Below, one piece after another: positions 13,535 to 26,670 of a stretch of DNA of 64,000 bases. Position 1 is the first letter of the stretch; each line of letters begins with the position of its first letter. Made by a program: the position numbers and the translations under genes. A model generated the notes under the pieces. It was not told where the DNA came from and ran no database searches. It saw nothing but the letters and a program-made list of their open reading frames with translations. The stretch is from the NCBI GenBank assembly GCA_028534125.1, contig CM052818.1, positions 20,152,001 to 20,216,000 of the forward strand, read 5' to 3'. The stretch comes from Lama glama (lineage: Eukaryota).

Positions 13535-13900
13535 CATGGCTTTATGAGCACCTAATCTGTGCCAGGCAGGTGCTGAATGCTGAGGACACAGAGGTAAAGG
13601 AGACAGAGCCATGGCCCAGGGGGACCTCAGACAAGTCAACACAGAACTACAATAAAGCCAGACACCTGCCAGTCAAGATCTGTGCCAGGGGTCATATAAG
13701 CAGAGGATAGGGCTGGAACATTCAGGGGGAAGTGGAAAAAAGCCCCACGGAGGAGGTGATGCCGAATAGCATCCTGAAGGAAGAGTAAGGGCTTCTGAGG
13801 TGGACACAGGTAGGAGAGTAGGTCACACTCCAGGAGACGCCGTGTGCCAAGGCCTGAAACAGCACAGTGCCCCTGGGGAACTGCCAGTCCTGGGTCAAGC
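13535..13900 (-). mobile_element. L2 fragment
   Basis: tttatgagcacctaatctgtgccaggcaggtgctgaatgctgaggacacagagg...gtgtgccaaggcctgaa. Confidence 0.55.
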
Positions 13901-14149
13901 AGAGGATCTGGTGCAAGCAGAGAAGGGCGGAAATGGGATTGATGAGAGGGACAGGGTCCAGATAACGATGATACCTGCGAGCATCCCAAGGTGTGTAAGT
14001 GTTATTCTGCAGACCATGGGAGCCATTGGAGCACAGACATGGCCTCTCACTCATGGCCCTGCCTCTGGGAGATTGTTTTTCCTCCAGCTGAGCACTGGGA
14101 GTCCAGGTGAGGCACAGGTGGCTGAGTGAGACTATAACTCGCATTCTGC

Positions 14150-14470
14150 CAGGCAGGCTCCCACTTTGGGGCTATTCACTGCCTGTTTCCTCCACCTAGA
14201 ATGCTCTTTCTCCAGAGAACACCCCACCCCATTACTGATTTCCCCACCCCCTCTACTCTTTGTTTCTTTCCATAACGCTTATCATCTGCTGCATAATATA
14301 CTTACTTATCACCTCTATTATCCATTGTCTGTCTCTCTGCAAGAATGGAAGCTCTAGGGGGCAAGGATCGTTACTTATTTTGTTTCCAGGCTGCATCCCC
14401 AGCACCTAAAACGATGCAGCCACTCAGTAACTATTTGCGGAACCAGTGAATGAGTGAGTGAATGAATGAA
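14150..14470 (+). mobile_element. L2 3' end
   Basis: gaatggaagctctagggggcaagga...gcatccccagcacctaaaacgatg...actcagtaactatttg...gaatgaatgaa. Confidence 0.65.
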
Positions 14471-14559
14471 GGTAGAAACTGTCTTTGTAATTCCAACTAC
14501 CAGCACAGAGCTGGGAGGTAAGAAGCGCTGTGATGATTAGGGAAAGGAAGAAGCCAAGA

Positions 14560-14970
14560 AGTGAGTGCACCCGGGTTTCCACTGCAAACCCCAAAGCTTG
14601 GTTTGCACCCAGCGTGGCGCCGCCCCCCACCTCCGCCCAGCGGGGCACTTGGCATGGCCCGAGGGGAACGTGCCACTCAGAGAATCAAGGCTTCCTCGGC
14701 GGGGCCGTCCTGCCAGGCTGCCCAGTCTTGCGTCCCGGAAAAGCCTCCCCCACCCCGCAAATGCTGGCCCGGCGGCGCAGGGCCCCAGCGCGGGGCACAA
14801 TGGCTCGGAGGAAGGCCGAGCGGCCGCGGAAGCCTGGGCGGGGTTTTCGAGGAAGCGGTCCTGCGTCGGGCCTCCACCCCATCCCCGCCGGAGAAGGAGA
14901 AAGAACAGAACGTGGGGTACATCGGTGCTCGCTGGCCACCCCGCCACTGCTCGACAGCTGTCTCCCGAAC
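14560..14970. promoter_or_regulatory. Small CpG island with GC boxes and ETS-like sites
   Basis: Roughly 35-37 CpGs by manual count in about 410 bp, against a CpG-poor background. Motifs include ccgccc (about 14620, 14633), gggcgggg (about 14836) and ccggaa/gcggaag. Confidence 0.65.
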
Positions 14971-16022
14971 CCCAGGAACTGGAAATATCATGGTGTCCTG
15001 GTTCCCTTTTGTAATTTTAGAATTATCTTATTTTTCACTTAGATAAACAGAAAGCTACATAAACTAAACAGAACTGTAAGAACAGGCTTGGAACGTGAAT
15101 ACATGGGCACTCAGCTCTACCTGAAATGTGTATTCCTTACAAAATAAAATGACTGGAGGCAAAGGTGAAAAAAATAGCTTAAATTTGAAGTGATGAAACT
15201 AGGGGCGCTGGTAATGTTACTCGTTTCACTTTTCTGTAACTTTAAAACATCGTGTGATTAAAACTAAAATTTAAAAACACAAAGAGCGACAAGATTCGTA
15301 TTTTCTTTTCCATGATGACTACTTGGAGGTCTGCTGAATTAATGAATGTCCTGTTTAAGCAGTTGGGAGATCAAGTCACTGAGACAGTTTTGTAGGCAGA
15401 TGAGATTTGTGGGGGGTTGGGGGGTTGAGGGGTTGGAGGGGTGGAGGGTGGGGGGTGGGAGGCCAAGGCGCTCTCTCAGGGCCTCTCCAGGCTCACCATG
15501 CAGGGAACCACCTGCTCTTCCCACACAAAGGGCAGGCCTACTTCCTTGGCTTCCTGCATGTTTTATTTTCTGCTTCTGAACTAGAAGTCAATTGTTGCCC
15601 CATGAATTAGAGGGTGGAGGAGATGGCTGAACAGAAAATGACACCTCAGGGCTGGACTCTGGCCGGAGGGGTTGAGCCAATCTTATCTGGTAACTCTGGT
15701 CTCTGTCACTGCATTCTTGGGGTGAGCGGGGGATTTGTGAGGAAGCTCGTGGACTCACAGGATACCGTGAAACCCAGGACCTTGAAATAACACCCTCCAA
15801 ATCCCAGGAGAATACACACACACAAAATCTGCAGATTCCTGTCTATCCACAATCCAATGAAGCACAAAGCATAGAAGGGTTTTCCTGCTTCTGTGCGGAG
15901 ATAAGGGAGGACTCTTTTCTTTCTTTTTTATAATGTTCTGGACATCTCATTCGTTCTCATGAAGTTGGTGTAGACTCAACCCCATCTCCTGCACCTCCAT
16001 GAGATCAATGACTCTCTGGTGG

Positions 16023-16394
16023 TGTTCAGTCAGTTTGGGCCACTGTAACAAAATACCATGGAGTGCGTGGCTTAAACAACAGAAATTTCTCTCTCATAGT
16101 TCTGGGGGACGGGCAGTGCAAGATCAAGGTGCCGACTGATTCAGTTCTTGGTGAGGACCTGCCTTGTGGCTTGTAAACGGCGACCTTCTCAACTTCATGG
16201 CAGAGAGAGGAAGCTCTGATGTCTCTTCCTCTTCTTATAAGGGCACTGATCCTGTCATGGGGGTTCCACGCTCATGACTTATCTAAACCTAATCACTTCC
16301 TAAAGGCGTCACCTCCTAATATCATCATGTTGGAAGTTACGGCTTCAACATATGGGAATTTGTGGGGGGGGGGACAAACATTCAGTCCATAACA
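16023..16394 (-). mobile_element. MLT1A-type MaLR solo LTR
   Basis: TG...CA termini. Contains aacaaaataccat...ggcttaaacaacagaaattt...caagatcaaggtgccg...cttataagggcact...caaacattcagtccataaca. 5-bp TSD ggtgg (16018-16022)/agtgg (16395-16399). Confidence 0.85.
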
Positions 16395-16469
16395 AGTGGG
16401 AAGTGACTTGGTAGCCAACCCTCATGTGTGCATAAACACCCCTGCTGATTGATACACATGCAGTCTCCC

Positions 16470-16580
16470 TTTGAACTTCCCCAGTGACGGGAAGCTCACT
16501 ACCTTCGTCCAGCGGACATGGTTCTGCTCTCTGTGGGGTACTAAATTTGGTCCTTCTCATATTTACAGATTGAGCCCTTT
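16470..16580 (-). mobile_element. Possible CR1/L3 fragment
   Basis: ttgaacttccccagtgacgggaagctcactacc resembles a recalled L3 motif. Confidence 0.35.
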
Positions 16581-19500
16581 TTCTCAAGGCTAAATGCTCT
16601 GGCTCCTCCCCTAGGTCTCACACCCTCTGATCGAACAGGTCTGGGTAATGTGAATGATGTTTCCAGAGTACTCTGAAATTCCAAAAGATTATTCAGTGGC
16701 CAACCCATTAGCCAAGGAAATGATGGCTTGAGGTTAACAGACTTATAAAATCACACAGAGCTGTTTACTTTTTGGTCAACTGGGTCATAGAATTGGTTGC
16801 AAATAGAGCGATCTCCTAGAATTATTTAATTTGGGGTCTGCATTGGGCTCAGAAATTTCAGGACTTCTTTACAGGAATGTTCATCCAATTACTGCTCCAT
16901 AAAAGTTGTCAAGTGTCAACTCCTTAAGGCCACAGAAGGCTAAGGAATTCTCCACAATTAATTCAGAAAATGAACAGTTTAATCTGACCTAAATCCTGAA
17001 AATACATGCTTTATTTAGGTTCAGATGGCCCTCCCATATGTCCCCACTTTAGGGGTTGGTCACAGAATTCAGCTAAAGCAAATGTTTGCTGTGAACTGGA
17101 GGAGTTGGCCAGTACTCCTGACCTCCAGGGAACTGGGACAGAGCGGAAAGCTGCATTAGGTGGCAGGGGGAGACTCCAATTACAAAGGAAGAATGGGTGC
17201 TGGGGGTGTCCTGACTTTCTTCCTGACAGACCTCATCATCCTTCCTGCCTCACCCACAATCCAGTCCAGCTCCCCAGGTGGCTCCTCACTGTCTCTCCCC
17301 TCACCCCTCATCCTGACCACCCCCTTCTAGAGATTTCTGTCAGGAGACTGTGGGCACAATAAGTAAGGGCATGAGTCAGGAGCCATCTTTTTAAATCTGG
17401 GTTGCCCGCTGACTCAGTTTGAAGCTGGCTAATTACACTGGGCTGGGCACAGTGTCTAATTCAACACTCTGCAGCTCCTGGGACCCAGCCAGGCATCCAT
17501 ACATGTCGGGAGGCCCTAGAGACACAGAACAACAGGGAAGGGATTTAAAGACCCAAACAGCTTCTTGGTAAAATGGGGCGCCAGGCCCTGGGCACCCTCA
17601 GCTTACTGTATGCCTCTAGGTCACAAGGCAGTGCTTAAAAAGGCCTCAGTCATTTCTTTCTGGGCCTGATGGGGCTTGAGGCAGTCCACATAGAACACCT
17701 GTGTTTTCCCCACCCAAGTTGTGAAATACAGACTCAGCAGACAGAGGAGGAAATGTCAGCTCAGTTACCTGTCCCCCTCCCAGACTTGTCTCTCAGTTCA
17801 CATGGTTCCCCTCTGTGGGGAAAGTGATGGGTGGGGAGCCAGCAGCCAGGAGGGCACAGAGAACTCTTCCTCATGGAAACAGAAGCATGGGGAAGAAGCT
17901 GTCTCCCATCTGGTAACAGATTTCTAAAGAAAGAGGGTTGAGATCGGGGTAAAGCATTTTGATTGGGAATTGACTGGGGAGGTTGGAAAGGAGTCACTGA
18001 AAGAGGCTATTAATTTTCCTGGGTGGGAAGGGACAGAGCATTCAATTTAATTCCACCATGTTTTGTGAGCGTTCACTCATAACAGGCACCATGCTTGGGT
18101 CTGAGACAGGCGAGAAGTTCAAGGCTCTGCCTTCTACACTCCCCTCTGTCATACTGTGCTGTCTGGGATGGAGGCATGAACAAAGTGCAGAAGCAGAGGA
18201 GGGAGCAACATTTTGGCAGGGGACATTCTGAAGAAGGTGAGCAGATAAAGCATGGCCCTGATGAGAGGAAAGGAATGGAAGCATTAAAAAAAAAAAGGCA
18301 ACCACACAGCATAAATGACATCCCATCCAGAGGCAGGGGAGCATGCTAATTAGAGCACCCCTTAAAATCCCAAATGAACCGCAACGGTGTTTATGTTTAG
18401 AGGAATAATCCCCCAGGGAAAGGGACAACAATCCCACGAAAGTCCCAAGTCGGCCAGTTTGCCTGCCCTGCACCTCTGCATGGGCCACAGCTGCTTTCTG
18501 CGGGGCTAGACCCTGCTGGTGTGCAGGCTGTCACCGGCGTTCTACGACGACCTCCCCAAGTGTCCTGCAGAAGTTTGGGGGCCTTAGATCAGCCTCTAGG
18601 AACCAAGGTTGTCTTTCCTTTGTAAAACTCTTTCACACACAAGACCTTGAAACCAAATGGCTGGTCAGGTTTAGAAAAGTTTCTCAACATAGTAGTGTTC
18701 CACCTCATCCCTGCTCCCCGTGAGTATTAGAATTGTCTGCCCTGTGGGGCAACAAGTATTTTCACCCTTGACAAGGGACCAACCTTTTCCAGCAGGCTTT
18801 CTCCATCACAGCAGTCCCACCTGCCCAACATGTGACTGACCAGATCTCCCAGGTCCTGACAGCTGCTATAAGCTACCCCGGCTGCCACCGTGCCCAGGAA
18901 ATCCAAGGTGCTGGCTTCTGTACTCACAACGTGACTCTGCCTGGCAAGGCCATGACCCTTACCAGCACTCACAGGCCAATTACAGTCCACCCTGATTTAC
19001 TAAGACATTAATGCCAAACAATAACAAAAGATTAACTTAAGCAAATAGAGATGCTCCCGAGCTTGAACAGTGCCAGGACTGTTTTGCCTCCTGTGGGGCC
19101 AGGGCTGGGTCCTGGAGGCCACAGGGTTGGTGGAGGGAATTTGATCTGCCAAGGATGACTACTGAGAGGGGAGATACACCAGTGAGAAAAGAGTAGGGAT
19201 TGTTCACAGGGTTGGGGTGGCATCTGCAGCCTTCATCCACGGAGGGGTTTGTCTGGTAGAGTAAGTCTGAAGCCAAACCTGAGGCTGTTTCAGCCAGAGG
19301 TGTGTGGGACAGAGCCAGAGGCTGGACCTCTCTGGGTCTCAGTTTCCTCATCTGGTCTTTGGGCAGAAAGATACCTCCAGAGAATGTCATGCAAATGAAT
19401 ATGATCGAACAGCCACACTGTAAACTCCTAGCAGGGAAAAATGGGTGCTAATCTTTCCTTGCATCTATCGACGCTACTTATCAGAGTATTCAGCTCTTAG

Positions 19501-20469
19501 AAGCCACTCAACAAAACAAATATTTGTTAAACAAATGAATGGATCTATTTCCTCCCTGCTAGAAATCCCCCATCTCAAAAGGGAAGCAAATGTTGGGTGA
19601 GTCACAGATATTCCAATTGTTGTCTCCAAGATCCTCCATTTCCATATTGTCCCTAGTTCTAGGAATTTGCTGAGAAATAACAGTCCAGTAAGGCTTTGCT
19701 TTAGAAAGGAACAATGCTCCCGAAAACTTGGGTGTAAATCAGATTTTTGAAAAACAATTTAGTATTTTAAATGCACAATGGGAATTGGCTATTTTAAGAA
19801 TGCAGTGAATTTGTATAGAAAGTGAGTAATCTGTTGAACTTGTGTAAGGTGAAATCCAGCAAAGTCACTGAAATTAGGGACACACACTTACCGCACCCTC
19901 CCACATCTTTATCTGTTGCTAAGGGACCAAGCTTAAATAAAAATTGTTACACTATTCAAAAAGAAAAGAAAAACTCAGTGGTACTGTTGCCCTTAAAAAT
20001 GCAAACAAGTGATAGGGATTCTCTTAATCTTCCAGGATTACAGCCACTGATTCCCAGCAGGGGCAGCGGGGAAACTAGCCTGGTGCACCACCAATCACCA
20101 GTTGGCTGATTAGCTTCTGGGAAGGCAGTGAGTCACACAGTGGCCCCTGTGAGCAACCCATACATGCTCCTCATCAATGATTGAGAGTCCGCTCTGAGAA
20201 GGAGCAGCGTGGAACCCTCACAGCCCCCTGGGCAGACCCAGCCTGGAGCGTGGGAATGGAATAAATAAGGAACAGGCATGGAGGGGACCAACTCCAAACC
20301 CCAAACAAACTCCCCTATTTGGGCTTTGTGGCCTCAGCTGCAGGAGGTAGACGCACTGAGGCTTCTTTCAGTAGGGCAGAGTATGTGGGTGTGGATGGAG
20401 GGGAATGGAGTCCTCTCCAGCCCCCAAGTTTCTTTCTCTAGGGATAAGGATCTGTTGAGGGGCTGGGCG

Positions 20470-20812
20470 ACTGCGGTAGACTAAATCATTCTCCCCCAGT
20501 CATCAGTGTTCTCCCTGCAGGAGGATTTTAAGTCATGCTGGACCATCCCACATACTTTAGACAATGAAATGTAAGCAGAAGGGACCTGGGTCATTTGCAG
20601 GCAAAGGCTATAAGAGCCAGCACCCACAGTCACCACAGTCTTCCCAATAGCAGCTGTGACATCATCCTGGATCCCAGAGGGGCCATGACACAGAGAAAAG
20701 CCCCAGCCAACCTGTGGTAGATATGTGGAATGAGCAAGAAACAAACGTCTGATGTCTTAAACCACCGAGGTCTGGGGATTGTTTATTACCACAGCATAAC
20801 CTTGCTGATACA
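20470..20812 (+). mobile_element. Old MLT1 (I/J-like) LTR
   Basis: caatgaaatgtaagcagaagggacc...atgagcaagaaacaaac...ttaaaccaccgaggtctggggattgtttattaccacagcataacc...gctgataca. Confidence 0.6.
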
Positions 20813-21279
20813 GATGGGTGCATGTGTAGATACACACGGATCCAGAGTAAAGCCGGTAGGTAGGTCCCACAGAACTAAGAAGCACACATAACTAGGCCTC
20901 AGGGAAATGAAGGAGGAGGATGGAAGGCGAGCTTGAGTCTCCCAGGTTCCCCCTGAACCCTGAGGAACCAGGCCTCAGAGATCTGAGGACAGGCTTGTCT
21001 TGTCTCTAGGAGATTAAGATAACCTTCAGTGAAACCTTGTTAACAGTTCTCCCCAAGGGAACAGAATTTTCCTCTCTGCCCTCTGACCTTTCCCATCTCT
21101 CCATCTCTATCTGTGGATTAAGTATGAACTAACACCCAGCCCTGTGGCTCTGCCTCTCAAAACAAGCTGTGTTCCAGACCCAGATCACATGAAGCTTTGT
21201 TGGGAAGAGAAGCTTAACTTACAAGAAATATGCAGAAGTGAGAGAATGCAGAAGGGAATGATAAATTCTGCAGTCCTGG

Positions 21280-21545
21280 TTTGATTTTGGTTTTAATTGT
21301 AGTAAAACACACATAAAATGAACCATCTTAACCATTTTTAAGGTACAGTTCAGTGGCGTTAAGTACAGTCAGGTTTTTATGCAACCCTCACCACCATCAC
21401 CACCATCATCTCCAGAACTCTCTTCATTTTGTATAACTGAAGCTCTGAGCCCATTAAACACTAATTCTCCATTCTCCCTCCTTCCAGCCCCCGGTAACCA
21501 CCATTCTACTTTCTGCCTCTATGAGTTTGACCACTCTAGGTATCT
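21280..21545 (-). mobile_element. L1MB-like 3' end
   Basis: accatcttaaccatttttaaggtacagttcagtggcgttaagtaca...ccccggtaaccaccattctactttctg. Confidence 0.7.
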
Positions 21546-21744
21546 GCCGCCCTTTCTGCTCAAGTTGAAAGACATTGTCTCCAAATCTTTTAAATCATGA
21601 ACTCCTACCAGTTAAATAAGTTTGCACACACATCACCAATGTATCTATAATCATTAATTTATAAAGTAATACATGTATATCACTAATGCATTAGGTGTAT
21701 TTTTAAACATACAGAGAGCAGCAGAGCTTTTATTCCTTCTTTTT

Positions 21745-21952
21745 AAATTATTTATTTATTTGACTTTTTTTTATTGAGTTATAGTCATTTTACAATGACT
21801 ATATGTGTCAAATTCCAGAGCACAATTTTTCAGTTATACATGAACAAACATATATTCATTGTCATTTTTTTCTCTGTGAGCTTCCACAAGATCTTGTGTA
21901 TATTTCCCTGTGCTATACAGTATAATCTTGTTTATCTATTCTACATTTTGAA
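21745..21952 (-). mobile_element. Young camelid L1 3' end, 5'-truncated
   Basis: ttattgagttatagtcattttacaatg...aagatcttgtgtatatttccctgtgctatacag. 14-bp TSD tattccttcttttt at 21731-21744 and 21953-21966. Confidence 0.9.
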
Positions 21953-22620
21953 TATTCCTTCTTTTTTAAAAAAAAAATTTCATTTTGAAAAAACTTTTTC
22001 ACTTACAGAAAAGTTGTAAAAATAGCAAGGAGAGTTCCCATACCGGCTTCTGCCAGTTTCTCCTAACTTTAATCTCTTACATAATCACAGGACAGCTATC
22101 AAAACTAAGATAGCAACATAGTTACAATACCATTAGCCAAACTACAGGCTTTATTTGGATTTTCATTAGGTTTTCCACTAGTATGCTTTTCCTGTTCTGG
22201 GATCTAGTCCAGGGTTCCACACCACATTTAGTTGCCATGTGTACGTCATCTTCTGGTCCAATTTATGATCGTTTCTGTCTTTCCCTGTCTTCCCTGATGG
22301 TGACCTTTTGTAGAATTTCCCTCAATTTGGATTGGCAACATCTTTGGCAGAAATACCAATGTTCTCATCTCTGTGTATCCTATCAGGGGCTCTGATGTCC
22401 AGATGTCATACTATTGGTGATATTCATTTGACCACTCAGTTAAGGGGGTACCAGCTGGGTTGCCCCACTGTCAAGCTATGATTTTTCCCTTTGTAAATGA
22501 TAAATATTGTGGGAGAGATGCTTTGAGATTATGCAAATACCCACTTTCTCCTAGAAATTTTTCCACTAATTTTAGCATCTGTGTGATCCTGACTGCAACA
22601 CTACTGTGGCTTCTAATTTT

Positions 22621-22748
22621 CTTTTTTTTTTAATGTATACCTTTAAAATTTATTTTATTTTTTTAATTGGACTATAGTCAATTTACAATGTGTTAATTTC
22701 TGGTGTACAGCATAGTGATTCATTTATATATATATATATATATATATA
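22621..22748 (-). mobile_element. Short L1 3' tail ending in (TA)n
   Basis: actatagtcaatttacaatgtgttaatttctggtgtacagcatagtgattca followed by (TA)n. Confidence 0.7.
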
Positions 22749-23299
22749 GCCTTCATTTTTTCTACATTTATTAGTTGGAATTCTTCTGAAGGGAGAGGCT
22801 ATTCTTTCACTTCCATTTATCTATTTATTTGATTATTTATCTATATCAGAGTGATTTCATGCATGGTTATGTGGCCATAATCTAAGATTATTATTATTAC
22901 TACTATTATTTATTTTCTTTCTCAAATTCTTCAGCTTTGGCTATTGGGAGCCCCTGTATCTTTTTTTTTTGTTTTTAAACATGCTCCCAAACCTTTTAAA
23001 AGCATTTCCTTACTCTCTGGCTCCTCAAGGTGCTTCAGGCTCATCTTGCATTTTCCCTGCCCCAGGCCTGGAATCAACTACTTCAAAGAGCCCCGGTTCC
23101 TTTGATTGGAGAAAAGTATTTATCACCTGAGCTCTGGGTTTCATTCACTGATGGTATAGTCATTGCTGCTGGAGCGCCACTGCTTCTAGGCCCTCTCAGC
23201 CTAGACAGGAAATACATGTGTGTGTACTAACCTAGGATACACATGTCTCTCTGTTTACTTCTGTAGTTATCTGTACATACATTTAAAAAAAAGAATGAG

Positions 23300-23735
23300 T
23301 GTCCATCAATGAATGAATGGATCAACACGTGACATAGAGATACACTGGAACATGATTCAGCCTTGAAAAGGAGTGAAATTCTCATATAGGCTACAACATG
23401 GATAAACCTAGAAAGCATTATGCTAAGTGAAATAAGCCAGACCCAGAAGGACGAAGATTGTATGATTCCACTTATGTGAGGTACCTAGAATAGTCATTTC
23501 TGTGGAGACGGTATAATGGAGGTTAACAGGGACTGGAGGCAGGTAGGGGGAATGGAGAATTATTGTTTCATGGTTGCAGGGTTCCTGTTTGGGATGAAGA
23601 AGAAGTTCTGGAAATGGATAGTGGTTATAGTTGCAAAACATTTTGAATTTAGTTACTGTCACTAAATTTTACACTTAAAAATGGTTAAAATGGTAAATGT
23701 TATGTTATGTATATTATACCACAAAAACAAACAAA
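23300..23735 (+). mobile_element. L1MB-like 3' end nested in L1MC4
   Basis: gtgtccatcaatgaatgaatggat...ctacaacatggataaacctagaaagcattatgctaagtgaaataagccagac...acacttaaaaatggttaaaatggtaaat. Confidence 0.75.
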
Positions 23736-25239
23736 CTTGAGTTTGTGCTGAATCCAATCCAACACCACAGAGTTCATTCAGCCTTCCGCCTGCCTTGTTA
23801 GTAACTTCTTCCTCTGACAGTGAGAATGCAGGCTCTCCAGATCTACAATGCATTTACCTATTTGTTCCACCCAAGTACATCCATTTTCAGAATTGCTAAA
23901 TGCATACCCCTGTGAGAAACAAATTTACTAACCACACTATTTGTGGACAGTTTATTTTTTCTTTAGCCTCACAATATCCAAAGTACCATTTCCCAAAATT
24001 ATATGGGTTAATTCTTTGATTCTCCACCTTGTTTGGGATAGGGGTGTTAATCATTTGTAATACAGGTAAGTTCCTTTGTTACAATTTGTATTTTAGTTTG
24101 AGCTCACCCTACATCCTGGTTGGTTTTTTCTTAATTTACATACTCTAAAATTCATTTTTTATGACCTTCACTGCTATGGGTTTTGAAAAATGCAGAGAGT
24201 AGTGTATCCAGCATCGCAAACACATAATGCAGAATGTCCCATCATCTCCAAATCCCCTCACACTGACTCGTCATCAACTCCTCCCAAACTCTAGCAACCA
24301 CAGATATGTTCTCTGCCCCTACTGTTCTGCCTTTTCTGAAATGTCACAAACAGAATCAAACAAAATGGAGCCTCTTGGCTCTGGCTTCTTTCACTTATAA
24401 AATAAATTTAAGATTCATCTATGTCATTGTTTGAATCAATACTTTGGTCCTTTTTGTTGCTGAGTAGTATTCCATCCATATTTTCAATATACCATAGTTT
24501 GTTCATTCCGTAGGATATCTGGGTTGTTCCAGCTTGGGGCAATTATTAATAAAGCTGCTACAAGCATCTACATACAGGTTATTACACGAACATACATTTT
24601 TGTTTATCTTGAGTGAATACCTAGGAGAAGGGTTGCTGGATCATCTAAGTACACATTTGACTATGAGACTGCCAAATTGTTTCCCAAAGTGGTTGTGCCA
24701 TTTGCATTCCTACCAGAAATACGTGAGGGTTCCAGTTGCTCCAAATGCTCACCCGCACTTAGCAGGGTTATGGGTACTTACATTTTGTTTTTGTCTTGTT
24801 TTTATTCTAATGTGTGGTGATAAATCATATGGTTTTAATTTGCATGTGCCTGATGACTGATGTTAAGAATAATTTATCTATTCATTCTTTAAGATAAAAA
24901 AAAATAGGTGTAAATGCTCCAGTATTTTCTAACTTTACCCTAGTAGTAGATAAACAATGGGCACTTTGGAGGCCATTGCTGTAAGAGGTGAGGAGGGAGA
25001 GCTCAGCTTGGGCTGAGATGGTCCCGAAAAGTGCCTGGGCAGTGAGTGAGTATCGGGGTGGGGGGGAGGTGATGGTATTGAACTGAATTTTAGCAATGAA
25101 GCATATGGGGCCAGACAGAGACCAGCCCATTGCATTCTGAACCCCAGCTTCTGGGCCCCTTCTCAACATCCTTGGGGGTGAACACTAAGACAGCAACAAG
25201 CCTGAGAAGCAGAATTGTGTCTTTACCAATCCTTGCCCA

Positions 25240-25480
25240 GTTCTTACAACTAACTCCCATCTATACGGTGTTTGTACATTTCACATTCTTGATCTCCTTT
25301 AATCTTCATAACCATCCTTTGAGATAACTAACCATTAAGACTGCTCCCACTTTCCAAATGAGAAACTGACTCAGGGAGGTAAAGTAACTTGGCCAAGATC
25401 ACCCAGTTATAAGCAGCAGAACCAGGGCTCATGTCTGGATCGGCTCATTCTAGGTCTCGGGCTTTTGCCATTATCTATGC
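25240..25480 (-). mobile_element. MIR SINE
   Basis: tttaatcttcataaccatcctttgag...ccactttccaaatgagaaactgactcagggaggtaaagtaacttggccaagatcac. Confidence 0.7.
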
Positions 25481-25689
25481 AGAGGGGCAGGTGGGTGCCA
25501 TTGTTTTCACAACTCAATGAACCCTGACTTTATTTTCACAGACAAGTATATCTACATATTCTCTAAATATTTACTGAGTCTCTATATGTGTAGGCAAGCC
25601 ACTCCTGGACACCTAGATGGAGGTTCAAAGATTAACAAAACATAGTTTTTGCCCTGATGGACCTACGGAAACATACATAAAATAAATTT

Positions 25690-26670
25690 GATGACTCTCA
25701 AGTTTAAGTCTTCGGCCTGGACCACTTCCCAAAACTGCACTCATGTATCCAACTGCCCTCCTGACATCCCACCTGGGTGTCTAATAGATATCTCAGACTC
25801 AGAATGTCGAAGGCCAGACTCCTCCTCTTCCCCAACTCTCACCAGCCCATCTTATCTTCCCCCTCACTTCATGGTGAGCTCATCCTTGCAGTTGCCCAGT
25901 CCTAAAGGCTTAGAGTCATCCTTGACTTCATTCTTTTTTTATATCCACTTTCAGTTCATCAGCAAGACCTGTGGGCTTTGCTTTGGGACACATCCAGAGC
26001 TGAGCTTGTCTCACCAGCTACAACACAACGATTTTGGTCCAAACTGCTGTCATCTCTCCCCTTTCCTTCTGAGCACAAGTGATTCTGTCAAAATGGAGTC
26101 ATATCATGCCACTCCCCCACTAAAAAATAAAAGCCTGTGTTCCTACAGTGGACTCTGGGGTCCTGCATGATGTGGTTTCCTGCAGCCACTCTGACCTCAT
26201 CTCCCACTCAGCCACCCCACTCCATCCACTCCAGCCACACTGGCCCCCACTGCTCCTGCTGGCACTTCTTGCTTTGGGGGCTTTGTACTTAACAGTTACC
26301 TTTGCCTCACCCACTCTTTCTTCTGATGGCAACATGGTCACTCTGAAACCTCCTCAGGGCGTTCCCAAACCCATCCTCAGTGAGATGCCCCTGCCTGACC
26401 CAGCCCGCATCCTCCACACACACACATTCCTTGTCACCTTTCCTGCTTTGTGTTTCTCCGCATTGACTATCATCTTTCAACATGTGTTATAAATAGAGGA
26501 TGTTTTCTTCCTTTATTCATGCGACTTCCTGCTAGAATATAAGCCCTATAGACTTATATTCTGTATCTGTCTTTGTTTATGATGTATCCTTAGCCCCCAG
26601 AACAGTGCTTGGCACATAGCAGGTCCTCAGTCAACACACACAGTCTAATGAAGGAAATAACTAATAAAAG
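25690..26670 (+). mobile_element. L2a-like LINE 3' region
   Basis: gatgactctcaagttta...tatccaactgccctcctgacatccc...ttagagtcatccttgacttc...ccactccagccacactggcc...gaacagtgcttggcacatagcagg. Confidence 0.75.

Larger units (their letters stand above)
21970..24880 (-). mobile_element. L1MC4-like antisense 3' region, split by younger L1s
   Basis: acttacagaaaagttgtaaaaatagc...tttgagattatgcaaatac...ccctgccccaggcctggaatcaac. Resumes after the nested L1 at about 23735 (aatccaacaccacagagttcatt) and continues into ORF2 3' motifs (ttcccaaagtggttgtgccatttgcattcctaccag). Confidence 0.7.

Noticed and set aside
14530..15046. Overlapping 100-170 aa ORFs on both strands
   Set aside because: Expected from stop-codon depletion in a CpG island. 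The translations are Arg/Pro/Gly-rich with no recognisable domain.
19891..19918. Minus-strand micro-exon with GCG|GTAAGT donor
   Set aside because: Lies in AT-rich sequence that looks like an old DNA-transposon remnant, and has no supporting neighbours.
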